Assembly: GCA_965217775.1 (NCBI GenBank)
Contig: CBDCJH010000002.1
Coordinates: forward strand, 1,536,001-1,600,000
Direction: 5' to 3'
DNA length: 64,000 nt
Origin: Acidobacteriota bacterium
GTDB taxonomy: Bacteria > Acidobacteriota > UBA6911 > RPQK01 > JAJDTT01
Part shown: one piece after another, positions 49,769-58,059 of the stretch
Numbering within the stretch: the stretch's first letter is position 1
How the letters are laid out: each line of letters begins with the position of its first letter
Position numbers and translations under genes: made by a program
The notes under the pieces: generated by a model
Databases searched by the model: none
Told to the model about the DNA's origin: nothing
What the model saw: only the letters and a program-made list of their open reading frames with translations

Positions 49769-50368
49769 ATGCGCAAGGAGGCCTCCCCGGATCATCCCGT
49801 TCACGAACTCATCTCGACGCGCTGGAGTCCGTACGCGTTCTCCAAGCGACCAATACCGCGCGAACACCTGCTTTCCATCTTTGAGGCGGCACGCTGGGCA
49901 GCCTCCTCATTCAACGAACAGCCGTGGCGCTACATCGTTGCGAATCGCGATCGGAAGGACGATTTTGAAAAGGTCCTGAGCTGCTTGCTCAAGGGCAACC
50001 AGGCTTGGGCACGGGAAGTCCCAACGCTCGCCCTGGGATGCACCAGGATCACCTTCTCCCAAAACGGCAAGCCCAACCGCGTTGCGCAACACGATCTGGG
50101 ACTTGCGTCTGCGAGCCTCACCTTCGAGGCCACGAGCCGGGGAGTCTACGTGCATCAGATGGCCGGGATCCTGCCCGGCAAGGCAAGGGAAGTCTTTGCT
50201 GTCCCGGACGAATTCGAGGTCGTGACGGCGCTCGCGTTGGGCTATCGGGCTGACCTGGGTGCTCAAGCCCGGGAACTGCGGGCACGAGACGAGAACCTGC
50301 GCACACGGCGGCCGCTGGATGAGTTCGTGTTCGGCGCCGAGTGGGGCGAGCCAGGGCTCGGGTCGTAA
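49769..50368 (+). CDS. Nitroreductase family protein
   Basis: RWSPYAF, EAARWAASSFNEQPWR, HDLGLA, HQMAG, RTRRPLDEF; start reassigned to ATG 49769. Confidence 0.9.
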   Translation: MRKEASPDHPVHELISTRWSPYAFSKRPIPREHLLSIFEAARWAASSFNEQPWRYIVANRDRKDDFEKVLSCLLKGNQAWAREVPTLALGCTRITFSQNGKPNRVAQHDLGLASASLTFEATSRGVYVHQMAGILPGKAREVFAVPDEFEVVTALALGYRADLGAQARELRARDENLRTRRPLDEFVFGAEWGEPGLGS

Positions 50369-50421
50369 CGCCAAGGTTCACAATCGAATAAGGCAGGCCG
50401 ACATCCTGCCGGCTGAGGTCG

Positions 50422-51690
50422 CTACTCCTGGATCCGGTAGAGGTGCGTCGTCGTGCGCAGGAAGAGCGCTCCGTCGGCCACCGCCGGCGAGGCCATGAAA
50501 CCGTCGTCCAGCTTGTTTCGAGCCAGAATTTCCAGGGTATCGCCCGGTTGAATGATGGTGGCGAGGCCGTCTTCGTCAAAGAAGTGAATCCGGCCGCTGG
50601 CAAAGAGAACCGAGGAGGAGTGGAGCCCCCCGATTCGTTCCTTCCAGATCTCCTTTCCATTCTTGAAGTCGATGCAGGTCGCGATCCCGTCGTTGCTCAC
50701 CATGTAGATGCGCCCCTCGACCAGAACCGGTGAGGAGCGCTTGGGAGCGCCTCGGGCGTGCTTCCACGCGACATGGGATCCGGTCACGTCGCCCCGGCCG
50801 CCGAGACGGACCGCCCAGATTTGGGCCGTACCGCCGATGTGCCCCGTGCCGATCCCGACTTGCCCGTCCGAATAGAGGGTCCGGGGGGCCGAGGAGTGGC
50901 CCACATGGCGAATCTGCCAGATCTCCCGACCGGTGCGGGGATCGTATCCGTAAGCCCCCTTGGCGCCGGGGCTGATGAGCTGCAGCTCTCCCTTGAAATC
51001 GACCACCAGCGGTGTATTGTAGGCCTTCCGGAAGTCCCCGGACGCGCGGGGTCGACCGTCCTCCTCCAAGTCGCCGTAGTCAACCGAACGAAAGGTCACC
51101 CACCGGTTGGTGCCGGTCGTCTTGTCCAGAGCCACCACGTACTGAACGTCGGCACCGTCCATCTGCAGGAACAGGAGGTCCTCCCAGAGCAGAGGCGAAG
51201 ACGCCGGACCTCGCCAATGATCGCAGGGGAGGTCCCGGCGTTGCCAGAGAACCTCAAAGGTCCCGGTGTCCAGGCAGGCGGTCCCATAGCTCCCGAAATG
51301 GATATAGACCCGACCCTCCTCGATGGTCGGCGAGGGACTGGCATAGGTGTTGACGGGGTTGTTCAGGGCACGAGGTCTGGCGACGTCGAAGAGCTTCCGA
51401 TCCAGGAGAATCTGTCCGCTGTCCCGGTCGATGCAGAGCACCGACAGAATCTTGCCGTCCTCCGTGGCGGTGGTGAGCCAGACCTGTTTTCCCCAGATCA
51501 CGGGAGAGGACCAGCCAAGCCCGTGAATGGGCGTCTTCCAGCGAACGTTGAGCGTCTCACTCCAGCGCAGGGGCAGGCTCGCCACCTCGGACACGCCGTC
51601 CCGGCGGGGGCCCCGGTAGTCGGGCCAGTTGCCGAACAGGGAGATGCTGGCAAAGCACGCGGCCAGGAGCAGGATCGATGATTGTTTCAT
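50422..51690 (-). CDS. PQQ-binding-like beta-propeller protein (paralog 1)
   Basis: NWPDYRGP, WSSPVIWG, YASPSP, MASPAV…LFLRT. Confidence 0.88.
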   Translation of the reverse strand: MKQSSILLLAACFASISLFGNWPDYRGPRRDGVSEVASLPLRWSETLNVRWKTPIHGLGWSSPVIWGKQVWLTTATEDGKILSVLCIDRDSGQILLDRKLFDVARPRALNNPVNTYASPSPTIEEGRVYIHFGSYGTACLDTGTFEVLWQRRDLPCDHWRGPASSPLLWEDLLFLQMDGADVQYVVALDKTTGTNRWVTFRSVDYGDLEEDGRPRASGDFRKAYNTPLVVDFKGELQLISPGAKGAYGYDPRTGREIWQIRHVGHSSAPRTLYSDGQVGIGTGHIGGTAQIWAVRLGGRGDVTGSHVAWKHARGAPKRSSPVLVEGRIYMVSNDGIATCIDFKNGKEIWKERIGGLHSSSVLFASGRIHFFDEDGLATIIQPGDTLEILARNKLDDGFMASPAVADGALFLRTTTHLYRIQE

Positions 51691-51702
51691 ATCCGCCAAT
51701 CG

Positions 51703-52971
51703 CTATTCCTGGATGCGGTAGAGTTGCGTCGTCGTGCGTAGGAAGAGCGCTCCGTCGGCCACCGCCGGAGAGGCCATGAAGCCGTCGTCCAACTGGTTTC
51801 TGGCCAGAATCTCAAGCGTCTCCCCCGGTTTGATGATGGTGGTTTGACCGTCCTCGTCGAAGAAGTGAATTCGGTCGCTGGCGTAAAGGACAGAGGCAGA
51901 GTGGTGGCCACCGATTCGGCCCTTCCAGATCTCCTGTCCGCTCTTGAAGTCGAGGCAGGTGGCGATCCCGTCATTGCTCATCATGTAGACCCGCCCCCCG
52001 GCCAGAACCGGGGAGGAGTGCTTCGGAGAGCCGCGGGCGTACTTCCACGCGACGTGGGTTTCAGTCACATTGCCCCGGCCACCGAGACGGACGCCCCAGA
52101 GCTGGGCCGTGCCCCCAATGTATCCCGTGCTGATCCCGACCTGGCCGTCGGAGTAGAGGGTCCGCGGGGCCGAGGAGTGACCCCCGTGGCTGATCTGCCA
52201 GATCTCGCTTCCGGTGCGGGGATCATAACCATAGGCTCCCTTGGCGCTGGGACTGATGAGTTGCGGCTCTCCCCGGAAATCGACCACCAAGGGTGTATTG
52301 TAAGCCTTGCGAAAGTCTCCCGACTGGCGCGGGCGGCCGTTCTCGTCCAGGTCGCCGTAGTCGACCGAGCGAAAGGTCACCCACCGGTTGGCGCCGGTCG
52401 TCTTGTCCAGAGCCACCACGTACTGAACGTCGGCGCCGTCCATGTGCAGGAAGAGGAGATCCTTCCAAAGCACGGGAGAAGAGGCCGGGCCACGCCAGTG
52501 GTCGCAGGGGAGGTCCCGGCGTTGCCAGAGGACCTGGAAGGTTCCGGTGTCAAGACAGGCGGTCCCGTAACTCCCAAAATGGACATAAACCCGACCTTCC
52601 TCGATGGTCGGGGAGGGACTGGCATAGGTGTTGATGGGGTTGCTCAGGGGACGAGGATTGGCAACGTCGAAGAGCTTCCGATCCAGGAGAATCTGTCCAC
52701 TGTCCCGGTCGATGCAGAGCACCGACAGGACCTTGCCGTCCTCCGTGGCGGTGGTGAGCCAGACCTGTTTTCCCCAGATCACCGGAGAGGACCAGGCACG
52801 GCCGTGAATCGGCGTCTTCCATCGAACGTTGAGGGTCTCGCTCCAGCGCAGGGGCAGGTTCGCGGCCTCGGACACACCGTCCCGGCCAGGGCCCCGGTAA
52901 TCGGGCCAGTTGCCGAACAGGCAGACGCTGGAAAAGCACGCGGCCAAGAGCAGGATCGGCATTTTTCTCAT
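51703..52971 (-). CDS. PQQ-binding-like beta-propeller protein (paralog 2, tandem duplicate)
   Basis: Colinear with and highly similar to 50422-51690. Confidence 0.88.
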   Translation of the reverse strand: MRKMPILLLAACFSSVCLFGNWPDYRGPGRDGVSEAANLPLRWSETLNVRWKTPIHGRAWSSPVIWGKQVWLTTATEDGKVLSVLCIDRDSGQILLDRKLFDVANPRPLSNPINTYASPSPTIEEGRVYVHFGSYGTACLDTGTFQVLWQRRDLPCDHWRGPASSPVLWKDLLFLHMDGADVQYVVALDKTTGANRWVTFRSVDYGDLDENGRPRQSGDFRKAYNTPLVVDFRGEPQLISPSAKGAYGYDPRTGSEIWQISHGGHSSAPRTLYSDGQVGISTGYIGGTAQLWGVRLGGRGNVTETHVAWKYARGSPKHSSPVLAGGRVYMMSNDGIATCLDFKSGQEIWKGRIGGHHSASVLYASDRIHFFDEDGQTTIIKPGETLEILARNQLDDGFMASPAVADGALFLRTTTQLYRIQE

Positions 52972-53016
52972 TACTTCTTCGCCTTCATGAACGGAACGAC
53001 GGGCCCTGCCGGATTC

Positions 53017-53760
53017 TCAGTCGGACGCGGACCAGTCGGGTGCCGGACCCCAGCGCTCCGGCCAATCGACAGCGGCCAGATCGGCGGTGAGCGGATGCCA
53101 CAGATCGATCTTCTGCCTCATGACGCCCAGGTTGTTGGGCATGTCGAATTTGCTCGGAAGAGGCTCCACCCGGCCGGGAACCCCCTTGACGAAGCTCTTC
53201 CTGGGAACGTCACGGTGCACCACCGCTCCCGCCGCGATGAAGCTGCCCTCCCCGATGGTGATCCCGGGAAGAATGGTGCAACCGCCGCCGATGACCACTT
53301 CGTCTTCGATGGTGGCGCCGCAGGGCGTGGGCATGACGTCGTATCGGCAAGGCTCTCGATCGTTCAGGAAGATGACGCCCGGTCCCACGAAAACGTGGTC
53401 GCCGAACCAGGTCCGGGTGGGGATATAGGTGTGGGCCATGACCCGGACCCCGTTTCCCATGCGGACGATTCCTTCCACCACCGAGTGGTTGAAGATGGTG
53501 CAGTAGTTCCCGATCTCGACCTTGGCCCGGATGACCGCGTAGAGACCGGTCTGGAAGTAGTCGCCGATCCGGGTGTCGCCATAGATGACGGTCCCTTGCC
53601 GCAGGATCCCGTGGCGGCCGACCCGGGCCGGACCGCAGTCCCGGTGATAGCGAAAACCGACGGTGACTTCGGGCTCGATGAAGGTGCCCTCACCGATGAC
53701 GGCGTTCTCGAGCTGGGTCTCCCGGCCGGTGCGCTGATGGTGGGTCTGACCGTCGCTCAT
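53017..53760 (-). CDS. Hexapeptide-repeat (left-handed beta-helix) acyltransferase
   Basis: FVGPGVIFLND, IGGGCTILPGITIGEGSFIAAGAVV, GVPGR. Confidence 0.88.
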   Translation of the reverse strand: MSDGQTHHQRTGRETQLENAVIGEGTFIEPEVTVGFRYHRDCGPARVGRHGILRQGTVIYGDTRIGDYFQTGLYAVIRAKVEIGNYCTIFNHSVVEGIVRMGNGVRVMAHTYIPTRTWFGDHVFVGPGVIFLNDREPCRYDVMPTPCGATIEDEVVIGGGCTILPGITIGEGSFIAAGAVVHRDVPRKSFVKGVPGRVEPLPSKFDMPNNLGVMRQKIDLWHPLTADLAAVDWPERWGPAPDWSASD

Positions 53761-53793
53761 GCGGGTTCCTTCCTCCGAACGGACTTATGGAAT

Positions 53794-55037
53794 GGGGCTT
53801 ATATTCCTAAGTGCCCTTGGCATACAGTTCTGGCACCACGCTTTCCCCAACGAGATACGTTCCGGTACCCAGGGCAAGAACCCCAGCCCTGTGAATGTTC
53901 AGGGCGGCATTGTGGTCCCTGTCCATTCTAAGTCCGCAGGCCCTGCACCGGAAGGTTTCGCTCCGCCCTGGATCGTGGCGGGCGCCGCACCGGTGGCAGT
54001 CCTGCGATGTATATGCGGGATTCACTTCTACGAACTCCCGACCGGCCCATTCTGCCTTATACTGGAGTTGATTCCGCAGAAGCCCCCATGATTGCGTCAT
54101 TATTTCTCGATTCAGCCCCTTCTTCTTCGAGCCCTTCGTTACCATCCCTTGGATGTTCAGCTTCTCCACAGCGATCAGACCGTGCTCACGAATGATCCTG
54201 CTGGAGAGACGATGGCAGGCATTACGGTTTCGGACCGCTTCCCGGTGACGGAGCCGAGATAGCTGTACGATCCGCTTCCGTCTGGTCTTGGAAGTCTTCG
54301 TGCACCTGGAGACCTTTCTCTGCTGCTTTCGGATCCCCGCCCAGTCCCGTCGATTCCGTTCGATCCTCTCACCCGTGGACAGCACCGCTCGCTTGCGGAC
54401 TCCCAGGTCGATCCCTACCGAAGACTCGCATTTCGGTAGCGGCGGCTTCTCCACCTCGTAGGTCAGGTCCACATACACCCGGTTCGGCTTGCGGACGATC
54501 CGCATCACCTTCAACGGGCATCCGTCCGGCAACGGCCGGGACGGAAAGATCCGGATCGTCGGGAAGCCCTTGGGCCGGATGGCGTAGCCCCGAGCCCGCT
54601 TCTTCACCATCGTCGCCTTGGGGTCGACGACGTCGATGGTCTCCATCCTCGCCAGGGGCCGGAACCGAGGATACCCCGGCTTCTCCCCCGCCTTGCAGCG
54701 ACGGAAGAACGCCTTGAAGGCCCGGTCCAACCGCATCAACATCCCACGCTCCGCCTTGACCGCCACCGACCCGAGCCCCTCCGGATCGTCCTTCCTCTGG
54801 GAGGTCAACCCCTTCATCTGATCGTACAGGGTCACACCGTGTTCCTCGGATTCCCAGGCCGTCCTGCGTTCCTCCAGTGCAGCGTTGTACAGCCGATTCA
54901 GGATGGACCTCACCCGGTCCAACCGCCGGATTCCACCCTTGGACAGCTTGGCTCTGCACTGGATAGTTGCGTGGACTTTCATGGTAGGAATCGTAACCCA
55001 TCAGCCTGAATTCTCGGCACTTACATATATAATCCCC
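53794..55037 (-). mobile_element. Non-autonomous IS1595-ended cassette carrying only tnpB
   Basis: Inverted ends GGGGCTTATATTCCTAAGTGCC (53794-53815) and GGCACTTACATATATAATCCCC (55016-55037); flanks TATGGAAT (53786-53793) and TATAGAAT (55038-55045); ends match the IS1595 TIR at 18/22 and 20/22. Confidence 0.85.
53807..54982 (-). CDS. tnpB: RNA-guided endonuclease TnpB
   Basis: LYNAALEERR, GYPRFR, RuvC-I VGIDLG, RuvC-II IAVEKL, YTSQDCHRCG…CRACG zinc finger, RuvC-III DRDHNAALNI. Confidence 0.95.
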   Translation of the reverse strand: MKVHATIQCRAKLSKGGIRRLDRVRSILNRLYNAALEERRTAWESEEHGVTLYDQMKGLTSQRKDDPEGLGSVAVKAERGMLMRLDRAFKAFFRRCKAGEKPGYPRFRPLARMETIDVVDPKATMVKKRARGYAIRPKGFPTIRIFPSRPLPDGCPLKVMRIVRKPNRVYVDLTYEVEKPPLPKCESSVGIDLGVRKRAVLSTGERIERNRRDWAGIRKQQRKVSRCTKTSKTRRKRIVQLSRLRHREAVRNRNACHRLSSRIIREHGLIAVEKLNIQGMVTKGSKKKGLNREIMTQSWGLLRNQLQYKAEWAGREFVEVNPAYTSQDCHRCGARHDPGRSETFRCRACGLRMDRDHNAALNIHRAGVLALGTGTYLVGESVVPELYAKGT

Positions 55038-55145
55038 TATAGAATCCTGTCGGCTCCGGACATTCTGTCCTTCCCGGCGGAAGGACGCAACGAGGAGACT
55101 TGACCAGGGTTCTGGGGTAGCCGTTCCCAAGCATGCATCACAGGA

Positions 55146-56384
55146 TCAATGGCGTCTGCGCACCGGAAGAGCCGTCCGAGCCTCATGTTCGCGGATCATC
55201 TGCCCGTGAGTGACGATCTTTGCAAGGTAGCTTTCGGTGTCGAAGTCCAGAAAACGGTCCGGGGAGAACTCGGCAGCGTCGATGCTGGTATTTCCATCCA
55301 CCATGTATTCCGCCAGGAGGAACCCGGCGACGGGATGGTAGCCGAAGCCGCCGGAGTTGAAGGTGACGGCCAGATAGAGTCCCGGCAAGGCGTCCACCGG
55401 GCCGATATTGGGCAGAAAGTCCAGGGCGTAGCTCACCAGACCCACGCGATGGTAGTCGATCTCGACCCCTTCGATCAGGGGGAGCCGGTCCCGAACCGCC
55501 TCCTGGATGAAGGGCAGGGAACGGGGATCGGGGACGAGCTCGGTGAGCCGGAAGTCGGGTCCGGGCCGCTCGATCTGCACCGCCTCGTGGGCGCCGGTTC
55601 CCAGCAGGACGCGATCATCCTCCGTGGGACGGTAATAGACGCCCTTGGAATCGTCGTTGGTGGCCGGAAGCCGGGGCGGATGGCCCAAGGGCATGGTGAC
55701 CCATCGTTCGTGAACGAAATTGCGCACCGGCAGCGGCTGACCCGCCTCGGCCATCAGCGAATTGGCCCAGGCATTCACGGTGCAGACCACCGAGTCTGCC
55801 CGCAGTTCACCTGATTCCCGGGTCCCAACGCCCGTGACCCGTCCGCCTTCGATCAGGAACTCCTCGATGGTCACGCCTTCCCGGATTTCCACGCCCATCT
55901 CCCGGACCTTGGCGCTGAGCGCGGGAAGATAGCGGTCCGGTTCGCTGTAACCGCCGCGCAGGTCCAGCACGCCGTACTCGTCGTCACGAATCCGAAGATC
56001 GGGGAATCGCTCCTCTATCTGTTGCCGGCGGAGCACCAGAAACCGGGCTCCCGCACGCCGGTGCATCGGGTGGAGCCGGCGGGCCCGTTCGAACTGCTGG
56101 GAGTCCAGCAGATTCAGGCAACCCACCTGGTGAAAGTCGTAGTTCTCCAGGATCTTGTCGAACCGCTCGAAGATGTCGAAGGTGATTCCTCGCGCCCGGC
56201 TGGCCCCCTCGGTGGCCATCATCATGGTGTTGATGGCCCCGGACCGGCTGCTGGAACCGTCGCCCACACGGCCCTTGTCCAGGAGCAGGATCTTCCGAAC
56301 ACCCTTGTCGGCCAGATGGAACGAGGTGCTCAATCCGGCGATCCCGGCGCCGACGATGATCACCGACTGTGACGTGTTCGCCAT
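55146..56384 (-). CDS. FAD-dependent oxidoreductase (DAO / sarcosine oxidase beta-like)
   Basis: IIVGAGIAGLS, GSSSRSG, VNAW, PNIG, SGGFG, FSPDRF. Confidence 0.88.
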   Translation of the reverse strand: MANTSQSVIIVGAGIAGLSTSFHLADKGVRKILLLDKGRVGDGSSSRSGAINTMMMATEGASRARGITFDIFERFDKILENYDFHQVGCLNLLDSQQFERARRLHPMHRRAGARFLVLRRQQIEERFPDLRIRDDEYGVLDLRGGYSEPDRYLPALSAKVREMGVEIREGVTIEEFLIEGGRVTGVGTRESGELRADSVVCTVNAWANSLMAEAGQPLPVRNFVHERWVTMPLGHPPRLPATNDDSKGVYYRPTEDDRVLLGTGAHEAVQIERPGPDFRLTELVPDPRSLPFIQEAVRDRLPLIEGVEIDYHRVGLVSYALDFLPNIGPVDALPGLYLAVTFNSGGFGYHPVAGFLLAEYMVDGNTSIDAAEFSPDRFLDFDTESYLAKIVTHGQMIREHEARTALPVRRRH

Positions 56385-56423
56385 GCTTGATCTTCCAATC
56401 GAAAGCTATGGTACGATGAATCC

Positions 56424-56738
56424 ATGCCACAATCTTCACCTTCCAAACCATTGAAGCCCCATCCTGGGATCCGGATCGAGAAGATTCCGGTCAAGGGCGC
56501 CGCCGGCCTCATCTTCGCCCTGGGCGTCATGTTCATTTTCTGGGTGGGGTTGCCGACAGTTCGCGGCTTCGTGATTCTGGGAGCCGTGGGTGGCTTAGCG
56601 GCGTTCGCGGTCCTCCGTTGGTGGCGCAATCGGGACCAGGGTCCGACGGCCCAACAACGACTCTTCCCAGGGACCACGACCCCCGCTTCCAGGGCGGATC
56701 AGGCCGGGCGATCGGCGCAATCACCGACACAGGACTGA
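56424..56738 (+). CDS. Small two-TM membrane protein
   Basis: PHPGIRIEKIPVKGAAGLIFALG plus two hydrophobic segments. Confidence 0.55.
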   Translation: MPQSSPSKPLKPHPGIRIEKIPVKGAAGLIFALGVMFIFWVGLPTVRGFVILGAVGGLAAFAVLRWWRNRDQGPTAQQRLFPGTTTPASRADQAGRSAQSPTQD

Positions 56739-56846
56739 ACGCGGCTTTTTTCTTGACTTGCGTTCCGGGCTGTCGCTATCGTGTGCCTCATTGAGGACCA
56801 GACGCCAGGGGGCGCGGAGTGTTCCTTCCCGAAGCTTGAGGAGAGA

Positions 56847-58007
56847 GTGACAAAAGGCTTCTTGGCGGCGTGCCTAATCCTATTCCTCGCGACTTCAACC
56901 TCGACTGTCCCTGCCACAGATATTCCGGGCGACGCGCTTAAACGGTTCCCCGGAAAGGAGTGGGAAACCAAGCGTCCTGCGGATGTGGGCTTCGACGAGG
57001 AGGCCCTGCGGAGGATCCTGCCCCGAGTGGGGATCGGTGGGACCATCGTCCGCCACGGATACGTGGTGGCAACTTGGGGCAACCAGAGGACGGCCGTTCA
57101 GACCGCTTCCATGGGCAAGACCTTCAACGCGACCTGTCTGGGTCTGGCCGTCGACGCCGGCCTCGTCGAGTTGGACGACCTGGTCCGGAAGACCTGGACA
57201 GGTGAAGGAGAACTGTCCCATCCGTACAAATACCTCAACGAAGGCCATCATCGAAAGATCACGTGGAGGCATTTCGCCAACATGGTGTCGGGCTTTCCCG
57301 ACATCGACCTGAGCCGGTCCGACGGCGAAATGGGAGATTCCACCTACAACTACGCCCACCGGGCGCCGGGCGGCGAGTACATCTACAGCGACGGCGGGAT
57401 GTGGCGCTTCGCCCAGGCCTTGACGGCACTTTGGGGGAAGGACCTCAAGGACGTCCTGGATGAGAAGCTCTTCCGTCATCTGCAGGTGCCCGCCCAGCGT
57501 TGGGGCTGGATGCCCGCCAGAGTGATCCAGGAAAACCTCATGTACCCCTTCTGGCCGGGCTACGGCCGGTATCTGGACCCGCCCTGGGAGATCGACGGTC
57601 ATGCCGTGCGTGCCGGACCGGGCTGGGTCGTCATCAATTCCGCCGACGCCGCCCGATTCGGCTATCTCTTCCTGCGCAACGGGCGCTGGCGGGACCAGCA
57701 GTTGATCAGCGAGGAGTGGGTGCGGCAAACGCGAAAACCGCAGAGCCGCCGGCATGGACCCCACGGGGGTGAGGACTACAGCCTGAACTGGTGGTTGCCG
57801 GGACAGGGCGTCCAGGAAGCCCGCGGGGGAAACATCAATTGGCAGGCCGTCTCCCGGATTTCGGTGGTTCCAGAATACGACCTGGTGGTGGCCACCATCC
57901 GGACGAACTACGTGGCCCGGAAAGTTGTCGGGTCAGCCTATTTCGGATCCCAATACCAGGGCGATCGGGATTGGGTCTTCCGGCTTTTGAAGACCATCGT
58001 GCGATGA
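56847..58007 (+). CDS. Serine hydrolase (beta-lactamase/AmpC-like fold), secreted
   Basis: SxxK motif ASMGK, YIYSD, DAARFGYLFLRNGRW, YSLNWW; GAGGAG RBS before GTG. Confidence 0.82.
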   Translation: MTKGFLAACLILFLATSTSTVPATDIPGDALKRFPGKEWETKRPADVGFDEEALRRILPRVGIGGTIVRHGYVVATWGNQRTAVQTASMGKTFNATCLGLAVDAGLVELDDLVRKTWTGEGELSHPYKYLNEGHHRKITWRHFANMVSGFPDIDLSRSDGEMGDSTYNYAHRAPGGEYIYSDGGMWRFAQALTALWGKDLKDVLDEKLFRHLQVPAQRWGWMPARVIQENLMYPFWPGYGRYLDPPWEIDGHAVRAGPGWVVINSADAARFGYLFLRNGRWRDQQLISEEWVRQTRKPQSRRHGPHGGEDYSLNWWLPGQGVQEARGGNINWQAVSRISVVPEYDLVVATIRTNYVARKVVGSAYFGSQYQGDRDWVFRLLKTIVR

Positions 58008-58059
58008 GAGGCCCGAATAACGAACAAAAGGGAATGATTTGATCAGAGGAGCGAGACCG

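Noticed and set aside
54369-55130. 253-aa alternative-frame ORF overlapping tnpB, a possible hidden tnpA
   Set aside because: Gly/Pro-rich off-frame translation with no HUH or serine-recombinase motifs, and it crosses the element boundary.
53760-55140. Conventional IS200/IS605 or IS607 element, or a Cas12 locus, around tnpB
   Set aside because: No tnpA or serine recombinase, no CRISPR repeats, and no room for a typical left end; the TIR/TSD boundaries explain the unit better.
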